In this document: positions 1 through 7,755 of the stretch, one piece after another
Layout of the letters: each line of letters begins with the position of its first letter
How positions within the stretch are numbered: position 1 is the first letter of the stretch
Assembly: GCA_030747675.1 (NCBI GenBank)
Contig: JASLKH010000013.1
Span: 1 to 17,783, forward strand
DNA from: Candidatus Thalassarchaeaceae archaeon
Lineage (GTDB): Archaea; Thermoplasmatota; Poseidoniia; Poseidoniales; Thalassarchaeaceae
Direction: 5' to 3'
Length of the DNA: 17,783 bases
Program-made: the position numbers and the translations under genes
Notes under the pieces: generated by a model
The model's input: the letters and a program-made list of their open reading frames with translations, nothing else
Databases searched by the model: none
What the model was told of the DNA's origin: nothing

Positions 1-2
1 AA

Positions 3-1172
3 CTAACATTCGCAGATGGAACTACATTGTCTGATGGTTACTATGGCCTTGGACCGTTGAAAGCAGTTGCCATTGGTAGCGTTGTTGGTATTTTAATCGG
101 CCTGGCTACTGAATACTATACGGGTATTGAGCCCGTATTCGGTGTACCAGTGAAGGCAATCCCATACATTGGTGAAGCAAGTAAGACAGGTAGTGCAACA
201 AATGCAATTGCAGGTCTTGCAGTTGGTATGCAATCGGTGTTCATACCTGTAGTATTGATGTGTGTGGGAATTTATGTTGCTAATGATGTAAGTGGCCTAT
301 ATGGAATTGCAATGGCAGCAATGGGAATGCTTGCAACAGTCGGAGTTACAATGACAGTCGATGCATATGGACCGGTTGTAGACAACGCAGGTGGAATTGC
401 TGAAATGAGTGGATTAGGAGATGATGTTCGTGAAATTACAGACGAATTGGATTCGATTGGAAACACAACAGCAGCGATTGGAAAAGGATTCGCAATTGGT
501 TCAGCAGCATTGACAGCCCTCGCTCTTTTCGCTGCATTCCGATCCAGCACTGATGACGCTCTAGCAGAAGCAGGAGATCCGTTACTTGACCTTTCACTAA
601 CCAACCCACTAGTTGTAATTGGTTTGCTCATTGGTGGCGCTCTACCATTTGTAGTGGCAGCCATGACAATGAAGTCAGTAGGGAAAGCTGCTGAGGATAT
701 GATTACCGAAATCCGTCGCCAATTCAAAGAAATTGATGGCTTACTTGAAGGAAAAGAGGGTGTTGAACCAGATAGTGCAACATGTGTTGACATTTCCACA
801 CAAGCAGCCCTTAGGGAAATGGTTGCCCCAGGAGTTGTAGCAGTATCCAGTCCACTGATTGTTGGGATGCTACTAGGTAGCTCCGCACTTGGTGGTTTAC
901 TTGCTGGTGCAACTGTAACTGGTGTTCTAATGGCATTATTCATGGCAAACGCTGGTGGTGCTTGGGACAATGCAAAGAAAGCAATTGAGCAAGGACATAT
1001 CCCTGGTGCTGAAAAGGGTGATGAAGCCCACGGTGCCGCAGTTGTTGGAGACACGATTGGTGACCCATTCAAGGATACAAGCGGCCCATCTTTGAATATT
1101 CTAATCAAATTGATGAGTATTGTCAGCCTTGTTATCGCTACTCTTGTAGTAAAACATGGCGGAATACTTTGA
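3..1172 (+). CDS. hppA: Membrane-integral pyrophosphatase (Na+/H+-translocating, K+-dependent signature), 5'-truncated by window edge
   Basis: The frame is open from position 3 (LTFADGTT...), so the track's TTG at 27 is internal. It contains the mPPase motifs [44 protein letters not shown] and [23 protein letters not shown], plus many hydrophobic helices. Confidence 0.97.
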   Translation, partial: LTFADGTTLSDGYYGLGPLKAVAIGSVVGILIGLATEYYTGIEPVFGVPVKAIPYIGEASKTGSATNAIAGLAVGMQSVFIPVVLMCVGIYVANDVSGLYGIAMAAMGMLATVGVTMTVDAYGPVVDNAGGIAEMSGLGDDVREITDELDSIGNTTAAIGKGFAIGSAALTALALFAAFRSSTDDALAEAGDPLLDLSLTNPLVVIGLLIGGALPFVVAAMTMKSVGKAAEDMITEIRRQFKEIDGLLEGKEGVEPDSATCVDISTQAALREMVAPGVVAVSSPLIVGMLLGSSALGGLLAGATVTGVLMALFMANAGGAWDNAKKAIEQGHIPGAEKGDEAHGAAVVGDTIGDPFKDTSGPSLNILIKLMSIVSLVIATLVVKHGGIL

Positions 1173-1181
1173 GAAGTATTC
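1162..1181. repeat. Inverted repeat GAATACTT-TGAG-AAGTATTC with the hppA stop codon in the loop
   Basis: Perfect 8-bp arms at 1162-1169 and 1174-1181; TGA at 1170-1172 lies in the 4-nt loop. The sequence is certain, the function is unknown. Confidence 0.5.
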
Positions 1182-1197
1182 AAGAGAAGAATGTGTC

Positions 1198-1216
1198 AGC
1201 GCGCATCATGCGCGCT
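1198..1216. repeat. Perfect palindrome AGCGCGCAT-C-ATGCGCGCT overlapping the probable start codon of the lipoprotein gene
   Basis: 9-bp arms at 1198-1206 and 1208-1216 with a 1-nt centre; ATG at 1208 begins the right arm. Confidence 0.5.
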
Positions 1217-2164
1217 CAAATGCTGGTGTTCCTATTTTTGGGCGCTAGCCTTGCAGGTTGCTTGGGTTCAACAGGTTCTGGCTCAGGATCTGAGGATACC
1301 TCTGACTTATCACAACCAGCAAATTGGTCTGTAGGACAGTGGTGGTTGTACACTTTCTCTACACCTGAATGGGAGGATGACTCTGCCCGATTGGTTGTTA
1401 CTGAAACAGATGCAGAAGAAGGCACTGCATACATGTTGGGAATTACAAGTCAACGTGAAGCACGTCGACATGCCGTATTGAATCACAACCCTTTCCTCGG
1501 TAGAATTACACATGATAATTTATCTGCATATGAGAATGGTGCACCACAATCAGTACTACAATTTCCATTAGTTAAAGGTGCAAGCTGGTCGTTTACACTA
1601 TTTGCTCAAGAATGGACTACCATAGTGACTAATGCCATGGATGGAGTTGCTACACTTGAGGCGAGTACAACAGATGGCCAATCTCTGGATTATGTGTACA
1701 GTGGTTCAATGGGCTTCTTCAGTGATTTAGTCTGGACAAGCTCAGAAAATCAAGTATTATTACAAATGACTGCAGTCACTACTGGGTTGGATTACAAAGG
1801 CAATGTATGGTTCGTACAAGCCGGAGACATATTTTCAAAAGAATGGGACAACAACGGTGGGCCAGACGCTGAAATTGAGGATTCATTCTTTGTTTCAGGA
1901 CACCCTAGTGCAGGAGATTATGATGAAATGATTTACTGGCTCGATGCTGCAATGGGAACTGGGTCCACAGGAAGTCTAACTTTACGAGATCATTTTTCCA
2001 CTTCCGCATTGACTCGTCAATGGGGTTCAGGTGCTGAAGAAAATGGGAATTTAGGTACTATCCCCTATCCAAGTGGAGAATATACTCTGACTATTACTCA
2101 AACTGGAGATTCATATATTCGATTTTTCGTAGCAGGTGGCATCACAACAACTTGGACTTTATGA
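1208..2164 (+). CDS. Putative lipoprotein of unknown function (beta-rich, secreted)
   Basis: Short basic N-terminus, a hydrophobic stretch, a lipobox-like SLAGCLG and then a Ser/Gly linker (GSTGSGSGSE). The body is Trp/Tyr/Thr-rich with no further TM helix. ATG 1208 is preferred over the track's TTG 1169; ATG 1220 is also possible. Confidence 0.8.
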   Translation: MRAQMLVFLFLGASLAGCLGSTGSGSGSEDTSDLSQPANWSVGQWWLYTFSTPEWEDDSARLVVTETDAEEGTAYMLGITSQREARRHAVLNHNPFLGRITHDNLSAYENGAPQSVLQFPLVKGASWSFTLFAQEWTTIVTNAMDGVATLEASTTDGQSLDYVYSGSMGFFSDLVWTSSENQVLLQMTAVTTGLDYKGNVWFVQAGDIFSKEWDNNGGPDAEIEDSFFVSGHPSAGDYDEMIYWLDAAMGTGSTGSLTLRDHFSTSALTRQWGSGAEENGNLGTIPYPSGEYTLTITQTGDSYIRFFVAGGITTTWTL

Positions 2165-2173
2165 GTTGATTTG

Positions 2174-2752
2174 ATGGGCACGTTAGTCATGCTCCATGGC
2201 CTTACAGGTACAGCAGATTTGATTCGTCCTTTTGCAGAATCAATTTGCCCAAAAGGGTGGCATTTGTGCCTCCCTGAAGGGCCATTCAAACACCCAAAGC
2301 GAGGTTTTGGTTGGTGGATTCGAGATGCCCCTCCATCGACCCCTCTTGATACGAAAACGTCTGAGCAAGTGGACAAAAGTATTGCTTATCTTGAACAAAT
2401 AATTCCGGATGGCCCATTAATTGTAGGAGGGTTTTCGCAAGGAAGTGCCCTCGCTCAAGAATTACTAGCAACGTCATTAAATCAACGAATTATTGGTGTC
2501 ATAGTCATTGCTGGAAAAACAGCTAGACCTCTTGAACAAAGATTGATGCTTGCAAACATCCCTCCTTGTCGCTTGCTATCGATGCATGGTGAAAGTGATG
2601 AGATGGTCCCGCTATGGCAAGGTGACCAAACAGTCGAGATCCATCAAGAGGCAGGATGGGATGTATCCCTCTTACGTCATCAAAAAGGGCACATGGTTAA
2701 TTTGAAACAACTTCCCGAAATAATTGAATGGGTTTCAAAGACTATTGGATGA
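2174..2752 (+). CDS. Alpha/beta-hydrolase, phospholipase/carboxylesterase family
   Basis: MLHG oxyanion motif, GFSQG nucleophile elbow, MHGESDEMVP (catalytic Asp) and KGHMV (catalytic His); about 192 aa. Confidence 0.9.
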   Translation: MGTLVMLHGLTGTADLIRPFAESICPKGWHLCLPEGPFKHPKRGFGWWIRDAPPSTPLDTKTSEQVDKSIAYLEQIIPDGPLIVGGFSQGSALAQELLATSLNQRIIGVIVIAGKTARPLEQRLMLANIPPCRLLSMHGESDEMVPLWQGDQTVEIHQEAGWDVSLLRHQKGHMVNLKQLPEIIEWVSKTIG

Positions 2753-2791
2753 TTACCAGCCTTCAAGAAGGTCAATCATTTGGGCACATAC

Positions 2792-3061
2792 ATGAGCGCC
2801 CGCGTCAATTCAATATTGGCAAGAGCAAGAACTGATTTCGTGATGTTTGTTACGAATGTCTGTCCTTATTGCCACAAAGCGAAACGTTTGCTAGATAGTC
2901 AAAATATGTCTTGGTCGGATTTTAATGTGCAGAAAGACAGGTCTCTCCAAATGGAAGTTGTCGCAATGACTGGTCATCGCACAGTCCCAGTTATCTTCGA
3001 CACCCGAGATGATACACCCGTTTTTGTTGGTGGTTCAGATCATCTTGAAGATTATCTCTAA
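2792..3061 (+). CDS. Dithiol glutaredoxin
   Basis: CPYC active site, TVP cis-Pro motif and FVGGSD motif; 89 aa from ATG 2792. Confidence 0.93.
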   Translation: MSARVNSILARARTDFVMFVTNVCPYCHKAKRLLDSQNMSWSDFNVQKDRSLQMEVVAMTGHRTVPVIFDTRDDTPVFVGGSDHLEDYL

Positions 3062-5695
3062 TCAATTCACCTCAACACCCTCGCCAAGAACACGACGGGT
3101 TTCATCTGGGTCGATGAATAAAACTGCGAGAATGATTAATGATTCAAAGACCGCTGCTAAAAGTAATAGTGTTGCATAATCAAATCGACTTGCGAATAAA
3201 TCAGTCAATGAATACCCGATGACTGCAGATAGATTCATCATAGCCATGTACGCAGTGAATTGAGTGCCACCAACTTCACTCCATGTAATTTTCATCATCA
3301 TTGAAAATATGTTGATTGAGACAATTCCCCATACAAATGCTCGGATAGACCAGATTGTCACGAGGTATGTTGCATTATTCCACCATGCTTCGGTCAATCC
3401 CCAGATGACCGTCATCATGGTTCCAATCAAAGCCGCGTAGATGATGATTGATTTCCCACCAAATTGTTTTCCTAATTGGCCACCTACAATGTACCCAATC
3501 ATTGTGATGATCAATATTAATCCTCCCTTCGTAGCATTGAATTTCTCTGGAGACCAATCTAATTCTTTAAGGAAAAGAAGGGGTAAAACTGGTACTATGA
3601 AGTATGAGAGTGAGAGTGCCAAACTTAGCACAATTCCAAGGCGGGTTGAACGTAATGAAAATGCAGTAAGTACATTCGAAATAATCTCCTTGAAATCACG
3701 TTTTTCTTCTACATTGGAATTAAATTCAATTTCACAATCTTTCTGCCATGGAAACCGCTTTTCTCCAGGACGTTCAGTCATGAATAAAGGCACCATCATA
3801 ATTAGAAGAAGTATTGGAATTTGAAGTAAAACCGCACCTTTTATGCCCACAGATCCAATAATCGAGCCTAGTCCAGCACCACCAATCATTGCCCCGATAA
3901 TTTTGGAACTGAACATGTAACTGTTGACTTTTTCAAATTCATGCACTTTGAGAACATCGACTGCCAATGCATCAGTACTGACATCTTGCAGTGATGTGAA
4001 TATGTTGTATATGAGGAATATCAGGGCAATAGTATTGAAGTTCCCAGATGGGTTTGGAACAAATAAAATCAAGGATAGTGTTAGAATCATCCCAATTTCT
4101 GCAATTAGAATCCAAGGGCGTCGCCGACCCATTTTCCTATATTGGAATCGATCAATCACTGGCCCCCAGAGGAATTTGAAGGTCCAAGGTAACGTACCCA
4201 ATAGGAGTAATGTAGCAATAGAGCCTGCACCTAAACCTTCAGCTGCAAGGTACGTGACAAAAGTGACTGTAATGAATCCCCAAGGGAGTCCTTGTGCCAC
4301 GTATAGTGCACAGAGAGTGAGCACTCTTGCCCGATAACTTTCTGTTAGAGTATTGGATTTACCTCCCTCCTCATTAGTGTGGTCCTCTCCCTCAACCTCT
4401 TCTGCATCTATAATAAAACCCATTTGGAAATCATCACGGCGTAATGAGATGAATCCTACCAAGCAGAACATTGCTATTATCCATGGGATGAATATACCAA
4501 TTGCTAAACTTCCACCTCCAACTGCGAAGCTACCCTCTCCCTCATTTTCAGTACTCTCACTCCCATTTGTGTTCCAATCCCACCAAGCCATGGTGGCAAT
4601 GATATCTAGACCAGTTTGGAGGCCAGATTCAACATTGAGCCTTCCTCCTGCGAGGGAATTGATTGTAGTGACAGAATCGGTTTGAGCATGCTTTGGTGTT
4701 TGTTCACAAGTATCTCCTTCTTCCAAAATATACTGGTGCTGACCACGTAGCCAAGTTGCTGTATGGCCACCCATTATGAAATTGAAATGATCAGAATTCC
4801 CTTTCGTATCGTCAATAACTTTGACCCATTCTTCTGGATGGCTTAAATTGGTATTAATTTCTTTCAAGTATGCTTGAAACCATTCGGCCCGGTGTTGCAT
4901 TTCTTCTGTAACATCAAGCCCTTCATTCTCATAGTATGACCAATCGTCAACAGGCGATGTAAATTCGTATAGTGTCCAATAGTCCTCATCACAACCAGTG
5001 GCTTGACTTGCTAATGGTGTAGGTACTGGCCAGTTGAGTGCAAACATGTCAAGATTGACGTATGTGACATTCGTTCCATTTGGAATATGATTTTCTACAA
5101 AATGTAAACTACCTTTCCCTCCCCCTTCAGAAGAAGAAGATCCTTGCCATTCTTCGTAGTCCCACCATGCTAACTTCCAGGTGTGTAAAGGTGTACCATT
5201 CCAATTTGAGATTGTTTCAGCAAGTTCCAGTAATGAACCACTCCCTGTCCCATCATCGTAGGCACCCGAACTAGAACATCCAGCATATGTCTGCCCAATT
5301 AATGGTGGCGGAGAATAGCATATGGCATCATGATGTGAACCGAGGACATACCACGAGTCATCTAATGTCCCATTTATTGTTACGACAATATTTTCACAAT
5401 TATCACATTCGGATGTAGAAAATGGTTGCCTCTCAACATCATACCCCATCGCTTCAAGTTCCTCTGCAATCCAATTTCGTGCATTTACATTTGCTTGAGT
5501 ATCTATTTTTCGATAACCAAATTGTGTCATTGAGACCATATTGTCGTAAGCGGAACTTCCTTCTGGCCAGTCAGGAGGACTTTCTTGCATCACTTCAATT
5601 TCAGCACCAGCGGGTGATAATGGAGTTAGAGCTAGCATGAGCAGGGTGAGAATCACCAACACTCCGCCTCTGCCCATAGGCAGAGGCAAATCCAT
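3062..5695 (-). CDS. Fusion protein: signal peptide + M28-family metallopeptidase + TM linker + AmpG-like MFS transporter
   Basis: One uninterrupted ORF. N-terminal signal peptide (GRGGVLVILTLLMLALTPLSPAGA). M28 metal-ligand motifs GSHHD, GAYDDGTG, DYEE, NLDM, SDHFNF and a late His (KHAQTD). One TM helix at about 4444-4508, then an acidic linker. From about 4335 there are AmpG/MFS motifs LYVAQGLPWGF, LPWTFKFLWGPVIDRF, GRRRPWI, QDVSTDALAVD and GTQFTAYMAMMNL. Start is ATG 5695 or 5677. Confidence 0.9.
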   Translation of the reverse strand: MDLPLPMGRGGVLVILTLLMLALTPLSPAGAEIEVMQESPPDWPEGSSAYDNMVSMTQFGYRKIDTQANVNARNWIAEELEAMGYDVERQPFSTSECDNCENIVVTINGTLDDSWYVLGSHHDAICYSPPPLIGQTYAGCSSSGAYDDGTGSGSLLELAETISNWNGTPLHTWKLAWWDYEEWQGSSSSEGGGKGSLHFVENHIPNGTNVTYVNLDMFALNWPVPTPLASQATGCDEDYWTLYEFTSPVDDWSYYENEGLDVTEEMQHRAEWFQAYLKEINTNLSHPEEWVKVIDDTKGNSDHFNFIMGGHTATWLRGQHQYILEEGDTCEQTPKHAQTDSVTTINSLAGGRLNVESGLQTGLDIIATMAWWDWNTNGSESTENEGEGSFAVGGGSLAIGIFIPWIIAMFCLVGFISLRRDDFQMGFIIDAEEVEGEDHTNEEGGKSNTLTESYRARVLTLCALYVAQGLPWGFITVTFVTYLAAEGLGAGSIATLLLLGTLPWTFKFLWGPVIDRFQYRKMGRRRPWILIAEIGMILTLSLILFVPNPSGNFNTIALIFLIYNIFTSLQDVSTDALAVDVLKVHEFEKVNSYMFSSKIIGAMIGGAGLGSIIGSVGIKGAVLLQIPILLLIMMVPLFMTERPGEKRFPWQKDCEIEFNSNVEEKRDFKEIISNVLTAFSLRSTRLGIVLSLALSLSYFIVPVLPLLFLKELDWSPEKFNATKGGLILIITMIGYIVGGQLGKQFGGKSIIIYAALIGTMMTVIWGLTEAWWNNATYLVTIWSIRAFVWGIVSINIFSMMMKITWSEVGGTQFTAYMAMMNLSAVIGYSLTDLFASRFDYATLLLLAAVFESLIILAVLFIDPDETRRVLGEGVEVN

Positions 5696-5748
5696 CTTTG
5701 TCAAGAGGCTTCGCCTTGGCAGAAATGATTAGGTTTGTACCAAACCGG

Positions 5749-6591
5749 ATGTCAATGGCGAATTGGGACGTACCCGAATTTAGGACAAAGCCAGCCCTTT
5801 CTGGTGCTGAACTTCGTGATGAAATGGAGCAACCAATTAATGCCTCAATAGCAGCATGGTGGCTGACTCAAGCCTCTTGGATGATACGTTTTAGGGACGG
5901 TCCACTAATCCTTATTGATCCATGGTGGCGGGACCTGTATGCTGGTGATATGTGGGGTAAATTACTTGGTGAATTCCCACTTGAACCCGAAGAACATCCT
6001 GAACCCGATTTGATATTGTGCACACATTGGCATGATGACCACATATGTCCCGTAAGCATTCCTCGGCTTGCTAAAGCATTCCCTAATGTAAAATTCGTAG
6101 TCCCAAATCGTTCAGTCGATTTACTGTTAAATTGGGAAATCCCGTTGTCAAGAATAGTTACAATGAAAGGGTCTGATTCAGTAGATATAGGAGACATTAA
6201 AGTGCATGCAATTCCTGCAGCACACGAGGATTTGGACATCACTGAAGATGGTGCTTGGTACCTTGGTTATACAATTTCATTTGGGTCTAAAACAGTGCTT
6301 CACATGGGTGACAGTCGCCCGTATCCTGGATGGCATGAATCTTTCAAAAAAGCTTCACCAAATGGTTTCGATTTAGTATTTGCATGCATCAATGGTAATG
6401 ACAACCTCCGGCATGATGAAGCGGTAGATCTAGCACTTGCATTGAACCCTACCCTCATTGTACCCATGCACTATGGTATGGACCCTGGTAATACCGTTGA
6501 CCCTCAAATATTCGTGGATGACATTGAACTGAGAGCCCCCAATCAATCCTATCGTGTACCAACAGTTGGAGAAATATTCTCAATCAATTAA
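5749..6591 (+). CDS. Metallo-beta-lactamase-fold hydrolase, UlaG (L-ascorbate-6-P lactonase)-like
   Basis: WWL...LIDPW, THWHDDH (HxHxDH), AAH, LHMGDS and IVPMHY. The pattern 'LLLNWEIPLSRIVTM' resembles UlaG-like proteins. Start is uncertain (5725, 5749 or 5755); divergent from the M28-MFS gene. Confidence 0.85.
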   Translation: MSMANWDVPEFRTKPALSGAELRDEMEQPINASIAAWWLTQASWMIRFRDGPLILIDPWWRDLYAGDMWGKLLGEFPLEPEEHPEPDLILCTHWHDDHICPVSIPRLAKAFPNVKFVVPNRSVDLLLNWEIPLSRIVTMKGSDSVDIGDIKVHAIPAAHEDLDITEDGAWYLGYTISFGSKTVLHMGDSRPYPGWHESFKKASPNGFDLVFACINGNDNLRHDEAVDLALALNPTLIVPMHYGMDPGNTVDPQIFVDDIELRAPNQSYRVPTVGEIFSIN

Positions 6592-6626
6592 GAAGTTCTG
6601 TAAATAATAATCCATTAATTTGAGTC

Positions 6627-6666
6627 TGTGTTGTTAATATCATTAATACACAAAAAGGAGTTAAAT
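6627..6666 (+). promoter_or_regulatory. Candidate archaeal promoter (purine-rich BRE-like tract + TTAAAT box) with an upstream imperfect palindrome
   Basis: AT-rich 100-bp intergenic region. TGTGT-TG-TTAAT-ATC-ATTAA-T-ACACA at 6627-6652, an AAAAGGAG tract, then TTAAAT at 6661-6666, about 26-30 nt upstream of ATG 6692, which fits a leaderless transcript. Confidence 0.4.
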
Positions 6667-6691
6667 TCTCAAATGATTCGTGGTAAATGAA

Positions 6692-7753
6692 ATGACCCAG
6701 AAGTCTCCTCGGAGTATCATGCGGAGAGGGGCTGAGGCTATTTTCTGCTCGATTCCAGCCAGAATCGGCATTCTTGGCAACCCTTCAGATGATTATAATG
6801 GGCAATGCATCTCAACTCCATGTAAAAATTGGAGAGCTATGTGTGTATTAACTCCTCACGAAAACCGATGGGATTCCACACTTTCTCTCGATTTTTCCGA
6901 TTCAGAGCCAGCATTAGAATTCAAATCGGTGGAGAATTTAGCTTCTATGCCCCCTAATTTGAACGAAGGAGGGATTAGCCGTTTGGTGCTAGGAACAATC
7001 ATCCATTTTCAAGAAGAATGCGTGTCAAGTGGATTTGCCATGCCTGCTAGTGGATATACTATGAAAATAAGTACGGACATTCCTCGCCAGGTTGGGCTTG
7101 CAGGCTCATCTGCTATCGTAACTGCAGTGTTACGCTGTCTTTTGACACACCATGGTCTTGGCACTGCTTTACCTCCCCATGCAATAGCCGATATGGTTCT
7201 CAAAGTGGAAACAGAAAAACTAGGAATTGTTGGAGGATTACAAGATCGTTTACCTCAAGCTTACAATCAGATGTTGCACATGGATTTCAGGGAAGAACTG
7301 ATGGAGGGACGTGGTTGGGGTGCATATGCTGAATTAGACTCTTCTTTGCTTCCCCCTCTTTGGTTAGCACATGCTGAAATGGGTGAGGATTCAGGGAGGG
7401 TTCATGCTGATCTTCCCGAAAGGTGGGCGACTCAAGATCCTGTAATGGTACGTTCTATGAAGGAATTAGCTTGGTGTGCACATCGGGGTAGGGAAGCATT
7501 GGTTTCTAATGATATGGATGGATTAAGCAATGAGATTAATCGTAATTTTGACATTCGTATAGAGTTATTTGGTGAAGACAGTTTAGGTAATAATTTAGCT
7601 ATGGTCAAACTAGCAAGGAACCTAGGATCTTGCGCAAAACAACCGGGTTCAGGAGGGGCTATTTTCGGTGTCATTCCTGACGAGGGATTCATGGAGCGTG
7701 CCCGAAGTGCGTTCGATGAGCACGGTTGGAAACTCGTGCGCTTGGAGATCTAA
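6692..7753 (+). CDS. GHMP kinase, plant-type glucuronokinase-like (EC 2.7.1.43-like)
   Basis: ARIGILGNPSD, IPRQVGLAGSSAIV, LGIVGGLQDR, HMDF, LLPPL, DSGRVH, NFDIR..FG...LG and GSGGA. These are collinear with motifs recalled from Arabidopsis glucuronokinase (ARIGFLGNPSD, IPRQTGLSGSSAIV, LGIVAGLQDR, HMDF, LLPPL, DSGKVH, NFDIRRRMFGDECLG). Confidence 0.85.
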   Translation: MTQKSPRSIMRRGAEAIFCSIPARIGILGNPSDDYNGQCISTPCKNWRAMCVLTPHENRWDSTLSLDFSDSEPALEFKSVENLASMPPNLNEGGISRLVLGTIIHFQEECVSSGFAMPASGYTMKISTDIPRQVGLAGSSAIVTAVLRCLLTHHGLGTALPPHAIADMVLKVETEKLGIVGGLQDRLPQAYNQMLHMDFREELMEGRGWGAYAELDSSLLPPLWLAHAEMGEDSGRVHADLPERWATQDPVMVRSMKELAWCAHRGREALVSNDMDGLSNEINRNFDIRIELFGEDSLGNNLAMVKLARNLGSCAKQPGSGGAIFGVIPDEGFMERARSAFDEHGWKLVRLEI

Positions 7754-7755
7754 GA

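Noticed and set aside
272-1183. 303-aa minus-strand ORF
   Set aside because: Antisense shadow of hppA; Ser/Pro/Ala-rich with no motifs, while the plus strand has unambiguous mPPase motifs.
3375-5640. Several 60-137-aa ORFs overlapping the M28-MFS gene
   Set aside because: Antisense or alternate-frame ORFs within a well-supported long CDS; no motifs.
5698-5748. Track starts (TTG 5698 and TTG 5704) that make the divergent genes overlap head-to-head
   Set aside because: Downstream ATGs (5695/5677 and 5725/5749/5755) give sensible N-termini and leave room for promoters.
5749-6591. Antibiotic-resistance beta-lactamase or anti-phage nuclease reading of the MBL gene
   Set aside because: No signal peptide or beta-CASP features, and no defence or mobile context; motif spacing and neighbourhood fit UlaG-like sugar lactonases.
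6655-6690. AAGGAG followed by mini-ORF ATG-ATT-CGT-GGT-AAA-TGA (MIRGK) just before the glucuronokinase start
   Set aside because: SD spacing is long (12 nt), a 5-codon ORF is expected by chance, and the same bases fit a BRE/TATA reading better.
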